This document shows positions 19,028-28,136 of a stretch of DNA of 54,116 nucleotides, one piece after another; position 1 is the first letter of the stretch; the number at the start of each line of letters is the position of its first letter. The notes beneath the pieces were generated by a model. The model was not told the origin of the DNA. It did no database searches and saw nothing but the letters and a program-made list of their open reading frames with translations. The stretch comes from a virus (lineage: Duplodnaviria > Caudoviricetes). Both the position numbers and the translations under genes were made by a program. The stretch spans positions 1 to 54,116 of the IMG/VR virus record IMGVR_UViG_3300027898_000011; one strand, 5' to 3'.

Positions 19028-19300
19028 ATGACAGCAGCTTCTAACAAGCAAACCATCGCTACCGCTGGCGGAACGCCTATCGTGGCTGAAGTTGGCGGCG
19101 GAGTCGGGCACGACGCAAGCGTAAAAGTTACGTTGTCGTCTAGTGTAACTTTTACTTTGCCTGTAGGGTTCCCGCAGTCCCCGCATCAGACTGGCGCTGA
19201 AGTCGCCAAAAAGACCAGTGTTTTTGGCAGCGGAACGGTCTTATCCGAGTATACGACTTCGGCGGCTGCTTTGGTTGCTGCTGGCAAGGCGCATTACTAA
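19028..19300 (+). CDS. hypothetical Ala/Thr/Ser-rich protein (possibly virion-associated)
   Basis: GGAGG RBS; last gene before the terminator. Confidence 0.7.
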   Translation: MTAASNKQTIATAGGTPIVAEVGGGVGHDASVKVTLSSSVTFTLPVGFPQSPHQTGAEVAKKTSVFGSGTVLSEYTTSAAALVAAGKAHY

Positions 19301-19303
19301 AAG

Positions 19304-19335
19304 AAAAGCCCGTATCTTGCAATACGGGCTTTTTT
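19304..19335. terminator. bidirectional intrinsic terminator between converging early and late units
   Basis: AAAAGCCCGTAT-CTTGCA-ATACGGGCTTTTTT with flanking A and T tracts. Confidence 0.9.
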
Positions 19336-19372
19336 CGGCCTGAATACTCAGACCCCGGCGACTTACCGCATT

Positions 19373-19564
19373 TTAGGAATTTTGGAGCGCCTGATGTGCC
19401 GCGTCCAGCGCTGCGTCAATGGCGGCTTGCTGAGCGGCAGTCGGAGCGGTTCCGCTGTTAAAAGCAGCAATCTCCATCTTCGCGGCGTTGATGATTGAAA
19501 CGGCAACAGGGATACCCTGTTCGATAAGCTGTAGAACGGTCAGCGCAAGAGTAATCTGGGGCAT
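19373..19564 (-). CDS. small lysis-module protein
   Basis: AAGGA RBS; follows the lipoprotein gene. Confidence 0.7.
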   Translation of the reverse strand: MPQITLALTVLQLIEQGIPVAVSIINAAKMEIAAFNSGTAPTAAQQAAIDAALDAAHQALQNS

Positions 19565-19576
19565 GTTATACGTTCC

Positions 19577-19960
19577 TTAGTTCGTGGTGGCGGGCTGAGC
19601 AGCCGGAAGCACCGGGATAGTCGAGCTCAGCGCTGAAACGGCCGTAAGCGCCTGAGTCGCGGTTGCGGTGCCCGCTTCTGCGGCTTTAACCTGCGCGTAG
19701 GCGATCTGGTCAGCGTTCTTGATCTTCTGCTTAACATAGGCGTCGGCGCATACCGCGACCGTCTTGGGCGTCGTGCATACCGGCAGGCTTGTGTAGAGAG
19801 TTGCGGTTTGCTCAGCGGCGGTCAGGGCTACTTCAGCCGCGTCCACCGTGTTCATAGCGGTTGCGGTAACCGTTGTTAGCGGGCTGGTGCCGGTGGGGTT
19901 CTGGCAGCCGGTAAGGCACGTCAGAAACGCAGCGGTTAGAATGGTTGCAGAGATTTTCAT
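19577..19960 (-). CDS. lipoprotein, possible spanin component
   Basis: Signal peptide with lipobox LTGC; downstream of endolysin and holin. Confidence 0.7.
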   Translation of the reverse strand: MKISATILTAAFLTCLTGCQNPTGTSPLTTVTATAMNTVDAAEVALTAAEQTATLYTSLPVCTTPKTVAVCADAYVKQKIKNADQIAYAQVKAAEAGTATATQALTAVSALSSTIPVLPAAQPATTN

Positions 19961-19961
19961 G

Positions 19962-20282
19962 TTACTGTCCTTTTACCGGAAAAGACGCAGCGATGCCGGT
20001 AATTGTGGGTTGAAGCGCAGGGGAAGCGTGCGCTACCCCCATCTTGTATGCCTCGATGACTTTTTCAATGTCTGAGGCTGCGGTAACAGTGTTGTTAACA
20101 ACGGCGTTTGCGTTGGTGTTTTGCGGAAACAAAATCAAAAACACACCCATCAGCGCAGCGATAAACGCCGAGTGAGGATCAAGTTTGCCGTCTGCAAAAG
20201 CCGCGATAGTTCCGCTTAACAGCGCCGCGCCTTGGCCGGTGGTTGAACTGCGCAACCAGCCCATAAGATCGATAGAGGCCAT
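19962..20282 (-). CDS. putative holin or inner-membrane lysis protein
   Basis: Two hydrophobic segments; AGGAG RBS; directly after the endolysin. Confidence 0.6.
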   Translation of the reverse strand: MASIDLMGWLRSSTTGQGAALLSGTIAAFADGKLDPHSAFIAALMGVFLILFPQNTNANAVVNNTVTAASDIEKVIEAYKMGVAHASPALQPTITGIAASFPVKGQ

Positions 20283-20283
20283 G

Positions 20284-20796
20284 TTACACTCCTGCGGCTG
20301 CAAGGGCGGCTTCTTTGCGCAACTGAGTGCGGCTCAACCAGCCCCGGCCAAAAATTGGAAAGTTCGAGAGAGATTTATAATACGCAACTTGAGAATCTGC
20401 AAGCTGTAGGATAGTTTCTATGGTCGGAGACGCCAAGGCAGCGTGGATTGTCATGTTACCTATCTCGCCGTCAGGGTTCGTTCCGACAACGGATTGCAGC
20501 ACCTTGGCCGACCGAGAACATCCGGCGTTAACACCAAAATCGAACACCATGAGGTCTACGCCGTGCGGCAAGCTATCGCAGTCCAGGCGGTCCCAATACG
20601 TTGTCTGGTAGATCGCTTGCACTGTGTCGGGCGATACGTTTTGAATATCTTCGACGGTGCAGGGGCGTTTCAGATACGTTTGCAAAGTGTCCAGCGTGAT
20701 GCCGAAATTTGTCGCCCCACCGGGATCGTGCGGGTTGTTAACAAAACCGCCTTCGGCTTTAAGCGTGAACGCCAGACAATCGGTAAACCTAGACAT
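20284..20796 (-). CDS. endolysin, glycoside hydrolase family 108 with PG-binding domain
   Basis: EGGFVN.P.DPGG.TNFGIT, FD..VN.G, DG.IG..T, F..GW..R. Confidence 0.95.
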   Translation of the reverse strand: MSRFTDCLAFTLKAEGGFVNNPHDPGGATNFGITLDTLQTYLKRPCTVEDIQNVSPDTVQAIYQTTYWDRLDCDSLPHGVDLMVFDFGVNAGCSRSAKVLQSVVGTNPDGEIGNMTIHAALASPTIETILQLADSQVAYYKSLSNFPIFGRGWLSRTQLRKEAALAAAGV

Positions 20797-20810
20797 GCTG
20801 CGCCCCTTAG

Positions 20811-20839
20811 AAAAAACCCCGCCCCTTTCGGAGCGGGGT
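20811..20839 (-). terminator. intrinsic terminator
   Basis: ACCCCGCTCC-GAAA-GGGGCGGGGT-TTTTT on the - strand. Confidence 0.85.
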
Positions 20840-20849
20840 AGTATACTAC

Positions 20850-21197
20850 TTACTTGAAGGAAAACCCGGCGGGGTCGAACACCACCGTCTCCGTGGGCAG
20901 CGGCTGCCAGGTAACGGCAACGTCCTGCTCGTCCACCCCGTTGACCGAACCGCTCACTAGATAGGTGCCGGTGGCGTTCGGGCTAGACACAGTGAACGGC
21001 TGCGGCCAGATGTTCGTGCCCGGGTTGGGGCCGGTCGGAGCCGGACCAGCGGTAACCACCGCGCCCGGGGCGTTAGTCGTGATAGACAGGATAGACGGGT
21101 TGAACGAAGCGCCCCCTGGCACCGTAACCAGCATCGTGCCGTAGAGCGTCTGGCCAATAAAACCAGAAGGCGTAGCAGTATTAACAGGAATGGTCAT
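20850..21197 (-). CDS. beta-rich (Ig-like?) hypothetical protein
   Basis: GGAG RBS; Thr/Pro/Gly/Val-rich; has its own terminator. Confidence 0.7.
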   Translation of the reverse strand: MTIPVNTATPSGFIGQTLYGTMLVTVPGGASFNPSILSITTNAPGAVVTAGPAPTGPNPGTNIWPQPFTVSSPNATGTYLVSGSVNGVDEQDVAVTWQPLPTETVVFDPAGFSFK

Positions 21198-21277
21198 TTA
21201 ATTCTCCGTGGGTTTACCGCTTCCGGCGGCCCGCATTTTCTACCACACTAGGGGTAGCAGCTTCAAGCAATGGACGT

Positions 21278-21883
21278 TTATTTAGTCCTTAGTTCCTCGT
21301 AGGCTTCTAGGAATTTAGCCTCGGCATACTCAGGCAGCCAGGGCTCTACTAGTTCCAAAGGAAGCGGCTCGGGCCACTCAGGAGCAAGCCACCAAGGCGT
21401 AGAGCCGTCAAACAAAACGCGCGCCTCGGTCACCAAAAGCACGTTGTCGATTTGTTTCACTGCCGGTGGCAGTGGGTGGGTCAGTCCGAACTGCTCGGAC
21501 GCGGCGGCCATAATCAACTCTTCCATTTCATAGTAGCCTGGAAGAAACTGCTTGGCTGGGCGCGCAATGTCCTGAACGTAAGCCTCGGAACAATCGTGCA
21601 TTAGCGCATCAAAACGCATCTGCCGTTCAATCTGGGAACCGCTGTAATCAAAAAACACATCCGTAACGTAACGGGAGCAAAGCACGGAATGCTGGGCTAC
21701 CGAATAGCGGTAGCGTCCTTGTCCGGCAAATCGGTTAGCAGAAGCAAGGCCCGCCGCAATGTCGTAAATGTCAAAGTCGCCTGGGCGCGGATCAGCCGCC
21801 CAGAACTTGCGTCCGCTCTGCATAAGCATCCAGTCGCAAGGCTTTCCATAGCTGCCTTTAAGGCGGCTGCGTCTTTCTGTCAT
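21278..21883 (-). CDS. HD-domain phosphohydrolase (YfbR-like 5'-deoxynucleotidase family)
   Basis: RF.G....YSVAQHS, L.HD.SEAY..D, D..L...E. Confidence 0.9.
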   Translation of the reverse strand: MTERRSRLKGSYGKPCDWMLMQSGRKFWAADPRPGDFDIYDIAAGLASANRFAGQGRYRYSVAQHSVLCSRYVTDVFFDYSGSQIERQMRFDALMHDCSEAYVQDIARPAKQFLPGYYEMEELIMAAASEQFGLTHPLPPAVKQIDNVLLVTEARVLFDGSTPWWLAPEWPEPLPLELVEPWLPEYAEAKFLEAYEELRTK

Positions 21884-21884
21884 A

Positions 21885-22145
21885 TTAGTTATTTCTCCAC
21901 TTTAAGGCCATAGCAAGCCATATAACGTTGCTGGTGACGATCACCAACCCACCGGTAAAGCTCGCCCATTGGCCTAGGCTTGGGTAGTAGTAAAGGTTCC
22001 AGAACCCCCAGGTGGTAAACAGACCCGCCGACCACAAGCTAACGCCGCGAACTTTTCGATCTTTGTAGACCTGAAAACAGTTGCGGAGGGCACTAGCGCC
22101 CCCCGCAAACTCAAACAAGCCGTTAACTACGTCATTAGCTGTCAT
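21885..22145 (-). CDS. three-helix PQ-loop/SemiSWEET-like membrane protein
   Basis: 86 aa with 3 hydrophobic segments and 'YKD.K..GVS' loop. Confidence 0.6.
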   Translation of the reverse strand: MTANDVVNGLFEFAGGASALRNCFQVYKDRKVRGVSLWSAGLFTTWGFWNLYYYPSLGQWASFTGGLVIVTSNVIWLAMALKWRNN

Positions 22146-22216
22146 CGCGGTCCCACAGCACCCAATAGAGAAACAAAGCAGCCATGCAAGTTGCCAAATA
22201 GAGTGGGTAAGGCATG

Positions 22217-22699
22217 TTAAGTGCCTCCGCTTCCGCCGCCTGGACCAGCGGCAGTCCCTCTTCGGGTGTCCGCCATCATAAGCACACCGTAGTTGGCCAT
22301 ATCGACAAAGTTATCGTCATGACCTTTGTTGCCGGTGGCGTAACGGGCCATTTTGGTAGCAATGTTCGAGAAGCAATGGTACTGCGTCTCGGTCATGCCG
22401 TCCGGCAGCTTGACGCCCAGGGCGGTCATAATCTGCGTAAAGACCCGCGAATTGTCCGCAATGTCCGCATAATTCTTGCCGCGCTCAACCAGCACTTCGC
22501 GCATATCGGCCAGTGCTTTGTCAAGATAGGTAAAAAGCGCTTCTCGTTCCATTTTGGCCTTAAAGGTATTTCCTACGCGCAATCCAGGCGAAACGCAATC
22601 AATTAACGGCTCTGTCATGATAAATGTTGGTTGCTTACAATTCAAACAAACTCCTTCTATATTAGAATAAGTAAAACCGCAATTTGTGCATCGTCTCAT
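22217..22699 (-). CDS. zinc-ribbon plus DUF6378-like protein
   Basis: CxxC..CxxC; L.ERG..Y, K.AR...G..H.D...D..NY; GAGGT RBS. Confidence 0.75.
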   Translation of the reverse strand: MRRCTNCGFTYSNIEGVCLNCKQPTFIMTEPLIDCVSPGLRVGNTFKAKMEREALFTYLDKALADMREVLVERGKNYADIADNSRVFTQIMTALGVKLPDGMTETQYHCFSNIATKMARYATGNKGHDDNFVDMANYGVLMMADTRRGTAAGPGGGSGGT

Positions 22700-22701
22700 G
22701 T

Positions 22702-22914
22702 TTACCTCTTTTTCATGCTGGTTGTATCTTTGCCCGTTCGGGCGTATTGATCGCTTCCGTCTTCTAGGCAATCAGCAAACCCCATTGCCCAACCAAGAAA
22801 CGCGATGCTTCCGACCGGATACGGGTTGCCTTTGCCGTGGAAAGGAAACTGGCCTTCTAAATAACCCTGATAGTAGGGCTCGGTGGGTTTCTTTCGGACG
22901 GTAAACTTTCTCAC
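22702..22914 (-). CDS. small protein with RMF-like motif
   Basis: Y.QGY..G......NPY.......W..GF. Confidence 0.55.
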   Translation of the reverse strand: MRKFTVRKKPTEPYYQGYLEGQFPFHGKGNPYPVGSIAFLGWAMGFADCLEDGSDQYARTGKDTTSMKKR

Positions 22915-22940
22915 GCCGAAAACCCTTTCAAACTGCGAGT

Positions 22941-24206
22941 TTACTGTTTCCAAGACACCCAATTTGTTGTCTCGGCGGTAACCGGAGTGCTGACTTTGAC
23001 GGGCATTGTAAACGTAATGCCGTGAACCGGATGGGTCAGCCACAGAGCCTGCCTGGGCTCTTCAAAACCAAAGTTGTTATTGTAGGCGTATTCGTCATAA
23101 CCTTTTAGGCTTCCGTTAACGATCAGTCTTTCAAGCATAATGTACTGGTGCCAGTGCCCCAGGATCATCGTGTCGTAAGACTCACCAATCTGCGTCTGGC
23201 GACTTCGTTTCTTATGGTCTCCACGGATGATAGGGCCGAGGGCTCCAATCATGCCGTCACCACCGCGAAACTGGTCGCCATGTGTCAACAGGTAGGTGTG
23301 ATCGTAGACCTTGTAAAGAGCGTCGGGACCGTTAGGGATAAAAAACTGGACCCGCTTATCGTGCTCAAAATGCTTGGCCAAGAAGCAATAGATCAGCCAG
23401 TCAAAACTGGTAAAGTTACGGTTCTTAGCCCAGATTTTATGAGTGTTACGCCCGTGATTGCCTGATACGCAAGGCACAAACACGTTGCCAAAGTTGTCGG
23501 CCAGCGTCGTAATCGCCCACACAAGCACACCGTAAAGGTCTAATACGGTGGGCATAATATCGACTTCGTTAGTAGCCACTAGCTCTTCGTGAATGTTGCC
23601 GGTAACCATATCGCCGCCTAGCGGAAACACAATGCCCGGATAGTTTGGGTTAATCATGTGGTTTTTGAGAAGATCAATCGCCACTTCAATCATGCGCCGA
23701 GCCCGGGCGTGTGCGATGGTCAGATCGTATTCGTTAACTCCGCCGATCTGGCTAGGGTCCACCACTTCAGCCCAATGCCAGTCTGAAGCAAACAGCGTAG
23801 GAACGCCCGGGGAACCCTTTGTGCTGAGCGACGTATCGATCAGCCACCGGGGCGGAGAAACCGGTTCCTGGGCCAGCTTATACAGCTTGCGGCGTATGTA
23901 TTCTTCGGTGGACGAATTGGCCCGCAACGCGGCTAGCTCGGCCCGCATAGCGCGCAGTTCAATATCCGCGTCTGTCTGGATTTGTTCGGCTAACGCCGGG
24001 CCATGTGGCAAATTTGTCACACCCGGAACTGGTTTGCGAGCTTCTGGGCCGAACCGGTGGTTGGCTTCGCTAAGCCAAGCCTGCACCGCCGACCTAGAAA
24101 CAGCGCGCTTTCGCGCCAGCACGGTCTGATTGTAGCCGCAGGCGGCAAAATCCTCCCTAACCCCGCGAAAGAAATCGTCGGGGTACGTGTCTTTCGGATA
24201 GCTCAT
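22941..24206 (-). CDS. calcineurin-like metallophosphoesterase with N-terminal HTH
   Basis: SDWH, GGD, GNHG, HGD, GHWH motifs; N-terminal 'LA...AVSRS.V..W'. Confidence 0.9.
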   Translation of the reverse strand: MSYPKDTYPDDFFRGVREDFAACGYNQTVLARKRAVSRSAVQAWLSEANHRFGPEARKPVPGVTNLPHGPALAEQIQTDADIELRAMRAELAALRANSSTEEYIRRKLYKLAQEPVSPPRWLIDTSLSTKGSPGVPTLFASDWHWAEVVDPSQIGGVNEYDLTIAHARARRMIEVAIDLLKNHMINPNYPGIVFPLGGDMVTGNIHEELVATNEVDIMPTVLDLYGVLVWAITTLADNFGNVFVPCVSGNHGRNTHKIWAKNRNFTSFDWLIYCFLAKHFEHDKRVQFFIPNGPDALYKVYDHTYLLTHGDQFRGGDGMIGALGPIIRGDHKKRSRQTQIGESYDTMILGHWHQYIMLERLIVNGSLKGYDEYAYNNNFGFEEPRQALWLTHPVHGITFTMPVKVSTPVTAETTNWVSWKQ

Positions 24207-24215
24207 TTTTCGTCC

Positions 24216-24392
24216 TTAGAGCGGGAAGGCTTCAGGTTCCGTGGGCGGCACCGAAAGGCGGTTATCTCGCTCTTTCTGCTCCCAAGCTTCTAATTGGCGT
24301 TGAAGGTCCTGAATCAGGATTTCTTGACGGTCGCAAATATCGCGCAAGCGCCTCATTTCGTCGCCCGCGTCATGAAGAATTCTAGGCTGCAT
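24216..24392 (-). CDS. hypothetical coiled-coil protein, 58 aa
   Basis: Translated by hand; AAGGA RBS. Confidence 0.55.
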   Translation of the reverse strand: MQPRILHDAGDEMRRLRDICDRQEILIQDLQRQLEAWEQKERDNRLSVPPTEPEAFPL

Positions 24393-24393
24393 G

Positions 24394-24627
24394 TTACTTC
24401 CTTATGGTAGCGCCGTGAGCGCCATGAAACATGGAGATAACGTAAAAAGCCCCGGCGGCAAGGGCAGAAAGGAAAAATACAGCCTGCCAAGCCATTCTTC
24501 CTAGTCTCCCCATGGCCATCCAGTTGTTAGTAAACTCCCGGAGAGCTTCAACTTCCTTTTGGGACCAACCACTTAGGTCCGGCAGACTAGCTTTTTCTTC
24601 GGTGTCAAAATCCGGATTGTGCGTCAT
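24394..24627 (-). CDS. small membrane protein (holin-like)
   Basis: C-terminal TM segment; follows the tail module. Confidence 0.55.
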   Translation of the reverse strand: MTHNPDFDTEEKASLPDLSGWSQKEVEALREFTNNWMAMGRLGRMAWQAVFFLSALAAGAFYVISMFHGAHGATIRK

Positions 24628-24700
24628 GTGGTGCCCCAATAGAACGATACAAGAGGTAACCACTTATAGATAAGAAGTCTGTACTGTTCAACCGGCTGGG

Positions 24701-27631
24701 TTAGCCGCCAGCTATGTTAACGCCATACAAAGTCGCAGTTTGAGAAGTAACAGGGAAGCCTGAACTATCAAAAGTGTCGGCGGTGCCACCTGCGTTATAG
24801 GTAACCACCGACACAATAACATCAGCGGTGAAAGAGCCAAGGCCATGATATATAACGTTTAGGCTCTGTGAAGTGTAATGATTAGTCGGAGCCGCAAAAA
24901 GTTGGCTGGCGACAGTAGCCCCCATGTGGCCCACAGGCTTAAAAAATATTTTGTAATAGGTCGGTTGGTTCCCGCCAAAATAACCCCAAGACACGCTAAC
25001 GCTGTTGTCGGAGTTTAGAGTGGCCGTCAAAGTAAAAGTGATAAGCGGAGCGTAGATCGGGTTGTCTACTAGCGTGGACCTTAACGTAACCAGAGAGGAA
25101 GAATTTTTGTACAGCGCCTGTATGCCCGGAGCGGGAAACCCACCCGGTTCCGTTGCGTTAGGTCCTATAGACAGAGTGGTGGCTGAACCCGGCACCGAAA
25201 CAGCACTAGGAAAGCCAACTCCTATAACAAAAGAAGACGGAGTGGGCGCTCCGCTTGGCATCGTCCAGTTAAAAACGCGCCCGGCAGAAGAGCCATCAGA
25301 ATTATAAGTCGCGGTTTCTGTCAGGCTAGTCGGAGCCGGGGCGTAGCTATCGGCAGAAAAAACCCCATTTTGGGCAGACGCGATCTGGATATAAGCAAAG
25401 TCGGTATCCGGCTCCGTAGTGCCAAGCACGGATAGGGTGGCAGAATTAGTGCCCGCAAAATCAAAGCTGTATTCGTAAGTTTGTCCAGAAGTGCCCGCTG
25501 GCTCCGAAGACCACCGTAGCTGATATGTACCAGTGTTTGTATTGGCAGGCGCGTCCCAAGTAGCCACCAAATCCGTTAGGATCGGTTCCGCAGCCGCGCC
25601 TCCGTGCGAATCAACGTTCCCGTAGTTTCTAAATACTTGCAGGTTGGTCGGATTAGCCCCGACCGGCGTAAAGGCGTAAGCCGTGCAGTCTGCCAAAGAC
25701 TGCGCCTGATTAAGAAATACGTTAACGCTTGGAAACTTAAAATTTAACAGGACTCCCAAATAAGAAGGGGGAATGCTGTATTCAAACACTTTGGTTGAAT
25801 CGATGCGAGCAAACGAAGCGCCCGCAGAATGCGCGGCGGGAGACGTGCCGTACAGTCCGCGCCGCAAATATTTAAGATCGTTTGTGTATTCGCCAGTTGG
25901 CGTTACGTTACCGTAAGCCATAAGCTCTTGGTCAACTAAAATAAGAGTGCGGTAGGCATCAGCGTCAGCGTAAGTAGCCGTCGCAGGAAGAACTCCTTGC
26001 GATAAAGCCAAATCAATCGACAAGACGTTTGTTGTGTCCAAACCAGACGTTAGCGGCAAAGAAGCCGTTAAAGTTCCCTGTAAAGAAGCCGTTTCTATCT
26101 CGCCTACTTGAGTGTAGTTCGTGCCGCTGTCAAATGAAATGAACACTCCGCAACCGCCCCAATCCGGAGCCCCGCTTAGGGCTATCCACAACTGAGAAAG
26201 ATTCTGCGTGAGAGACAACGGCGGCTGCAAAAAAGCAGGGGCGTTTGTAGAGCTAGGCGTAGAATTAGTTTGAAAGGGAGACGACCCCGCCCACTGCTCG
26301 TAAGCTTGAATAGAAGCTGTGCCGATTCCTTGCGTAAACTGTTCCGCCACAAACGACAGAACGTACTTGTCGTCTTCGTCTACTTGTTTGATGCGGACAG
26401 GGACTTTTGTAAAACCGAGCAGCGGATCGGTCAACGTTACAATATCGCCGGGTTCCAGCAAAACAAAATTATACGGCAGTTTGAACGAATAATCGTTACG
26501 AATATACTGTTGTCTTTTGCCGATTAACGACACCACGACAGCGGCAACGCTATCGGTGCATATCTCGCTACTGCTAATCGTGTTAGGGGCCTGAACGCCT
26601 ACGTGGTCGATAGAAGTCTGATCCTGCCACCGGTACGGACGATCTTGATAGGCGGGCGCGGTGGGGCCTGAGCCGGTAGAGCGGATGGAACAATTAAGCT
26701 GAACCTGATTGTAGCCATCCGCCGGGTCTTTTCTTGTAACCTTGATGCGAGGTTCGTTTTTGTTGCTGTTTCTGTCTGCCACTACAAAATTATCAGGGGT
26801 AAGGTCGTACACAGGCGTTATGTTCGGAGTAAACGTAACGCCGTTGCCCGTAATCGTAGTGTCGCCCAGGCACACAACTTTAAGCGCGGTGCCGGACCAG
26901 AAAATCCAAAAATTACCTACGGTGGCCCAACGCTGAAGAAGCGACGTAACTTGCTCGGCGTCTTTTAACAACGGGGACACAAAAATCCCCGCCGCAAGAT
27001 GATATTGCGTAAGAGTGTCAAAACCTTCCAGATATTGCGCCGGAAAATTCAAAGTGTAGCGAGGGTTGGTTAAGAAATCCGGTATAACGTCTCCAAAGTT
27101 AGCGTCGGGCGATCCCGCCGCGACATTTTTGCCGCTGTAGGTGCTGTAAAGTTCAAAGTTAAAATTCGGCAGGTTTGCGCTAGCGCCTAGATCAAGGTTA
27201 GCGTGCGCATAGTAGCAGGTGTAAGGATAAGAAAGCGTGTGGCCTATCGCAGCCGCTGTGGACCACGCTGCTTGATTAGCCGTGCCTGGAAATATACCCC
27301 CGCCGATGCCATGGGGAGCCACACCGATGATAGTTTCGTTTTGGCCGTTCCAAACTCGGCCTACTTGAATGGTGTAACCATCCGAAGCGCCTTCGCAAAG
27401 AGCGAGCATAACCGACGCGGTATAGGTGTAATTGCCCCCGCCTTTGCCGCCTTTACCTTTGCTTTGGCTATGTTTTTGAAAATTGAAATAATCAATACAG
27501 TTACCGCTCAAACGATTGGCACCCCACAGGATAGGGATGGGCAATCCTTGAGCGCTAGTTTGCAACTGCAAGCTAGTGTAGACCGGCGGTTTAGTTTGTT
27601 TGACGCCCGAAGCGCCGCCAAAAAGACCCAT
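24701..27631 (-). CDS. tail tip / host-specificity protein (Phage-tail_3, GTA megatron-like) with FN3-like C-terminus
   Basis: G.PIPI.WG.NR..GN, LCEG, P.FNFE, LEPGD.V, L.RG.YGT. Confidence 0.88.
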   Translation of the reverse strand: MGLFGGASGVKQTKPPVYTSLQLQTSAQGLPIPILWGANRLSGNCIDYFNFQKHSQSKGKGGKGGGNYTYTASVMLALCEGASDGYTIQVGRVWNGQNETIIGVAPHGIGGGIFPGTANQAAWSTAAAIGHTLSYPYTCYYAHANLDLGASANLPNFNFELYSTYSGKNVAAGSPDANFGDVIPDFLTNPRYTLNFPAQYLEGFDTLTQYHLAAGIFVSPLLKDAEQVTSLLQRWATVGNFWIFWSGTALKVVCLGDTTITGNGVTFTPNITPVYDLTPDNFVVADRNSNKNEPRIKVTRKDPADGYNQVQLNCSIRSTGSGPTAPAYQDRPYRWQDQTSIDHVGVQAPNTISSSEICTDSVAAVVVSLIGKRQQYIRNDYSFKLPYNFVLLEPGDIVTLTDPLLGFTKVPVRIKQVDEDDKYVLSFVAEQFTQGIGTASIQAYEQWAGSSPFQTNSTPSSTNAPAFLQPPLSLTQNLSQLWIALSGAPDWGGCGVFISFDSGTNYTQVGEIETASLQGTLTASLPLTSGLDTTNVLSIDLALSQGVLPATATYADADAYRTLILVDQELMAYGNVTPTGEYTNDLKYLRRGLYGTSPAAHSAGASFARIDSTKVFEYSIPPSYLGVLLNFKFPSVNVFLNQAQSLADCTAYAFTPVGANPTNLQVFRNYGNVDSHGGAAAEPILTDLVATWDAPANTNTGTYQLRWSSEPAGTSGQTYEYSFDFAGTNSATLSVLGTTEPDTDFAYIQIASAQNGVFSADSYAPAPTSLTETATYNSDGSSAGRVFNWTMPSGAPTPSSFVIGVGFPSAVSVPGSATTLSIGPNATEPGGFPAPGIQALYKNSSSLVTLRSTLVDNPIYAPLITFTLTATLNSDNSVSVSWGYFGGNQPTYYKIFFKPVGHMGATVASQLFAAPTNHYTSQSLNVIYHGLGSFTADVIVSVVTYNAGGTADTFDSSGFPVTSQTATLYGVNIAGG

Positions 27632-28134
27632 TACTTTTTCCTTAACCGCGCCCAGATATCGAAGTAGCGCTTCTCGCGTTTGGCTAGTTCGGGCCAGGAC
27701 AGCAAGGTTTCAATGACCTTACCTTCATTAGCATAAGCGTGCACCAAATTATTTTCGTCCGACATAATGCCTGAGTGCCCGAAACATCTGCCAATTTTGT
27801 AAGCGACAATATCGCCTGGTTTTGGCGCTGACACTTCTTCGCCAATGGTTTCTAACCACGCAATATACTTTTCTTCGCTGCGATGCAAAAACCAAGTGGG
27901 GGAGTATGGGCGCGGATCAAACGGCTTAAAGACCCGGCTTTCTACAAGAGCGGCTACTAGCAGCATGCTGCAATCCACGCAGCCCTTTGGCCCTTTAACG
28001 TAGCCTAACTGCCTGTAAGGCGTACCGATCCAAGAACGCGCGGCGGCTATGGCGTTAGCCCGCTGCCACGCTTCTGTTTGAGCGTCTACGTCCGTAAGAA
28101 CTGGCGTAGGATAGAAAGGAGTCGGTTCGGTCAT
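27631..28134 (-). CDS. NlpC/P60 tail assembly peptidase
   Basis: ARSWIGTPY...G.DC, PGD, H.GI, HA. Confidence 0.92.
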   Translation of the reverse strand: MTEPTPFYPTPVLTDVDAQTEAWQRANAIAAARSWIGTPYRQLGYVKGPKGCVDCSMLLVAALVESRVFKPFDPRPYSPTWFLHRSEEKYIAWLETIGEEVSAPKPGDIVAYKIGRCFGHSGIMSDENNLVHAYANEGKVIETLLSWPELAKREKRYFDIWARLRKK

Positions 28135-28136
28135 AA

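Noticed and set aside
21278-21883. DatZ of a Z-genome (2-aminoadenine) pathway
   Set aside because: No PurZ or MazZ recognisable; motifs fit the common YfbR-like phage HD family
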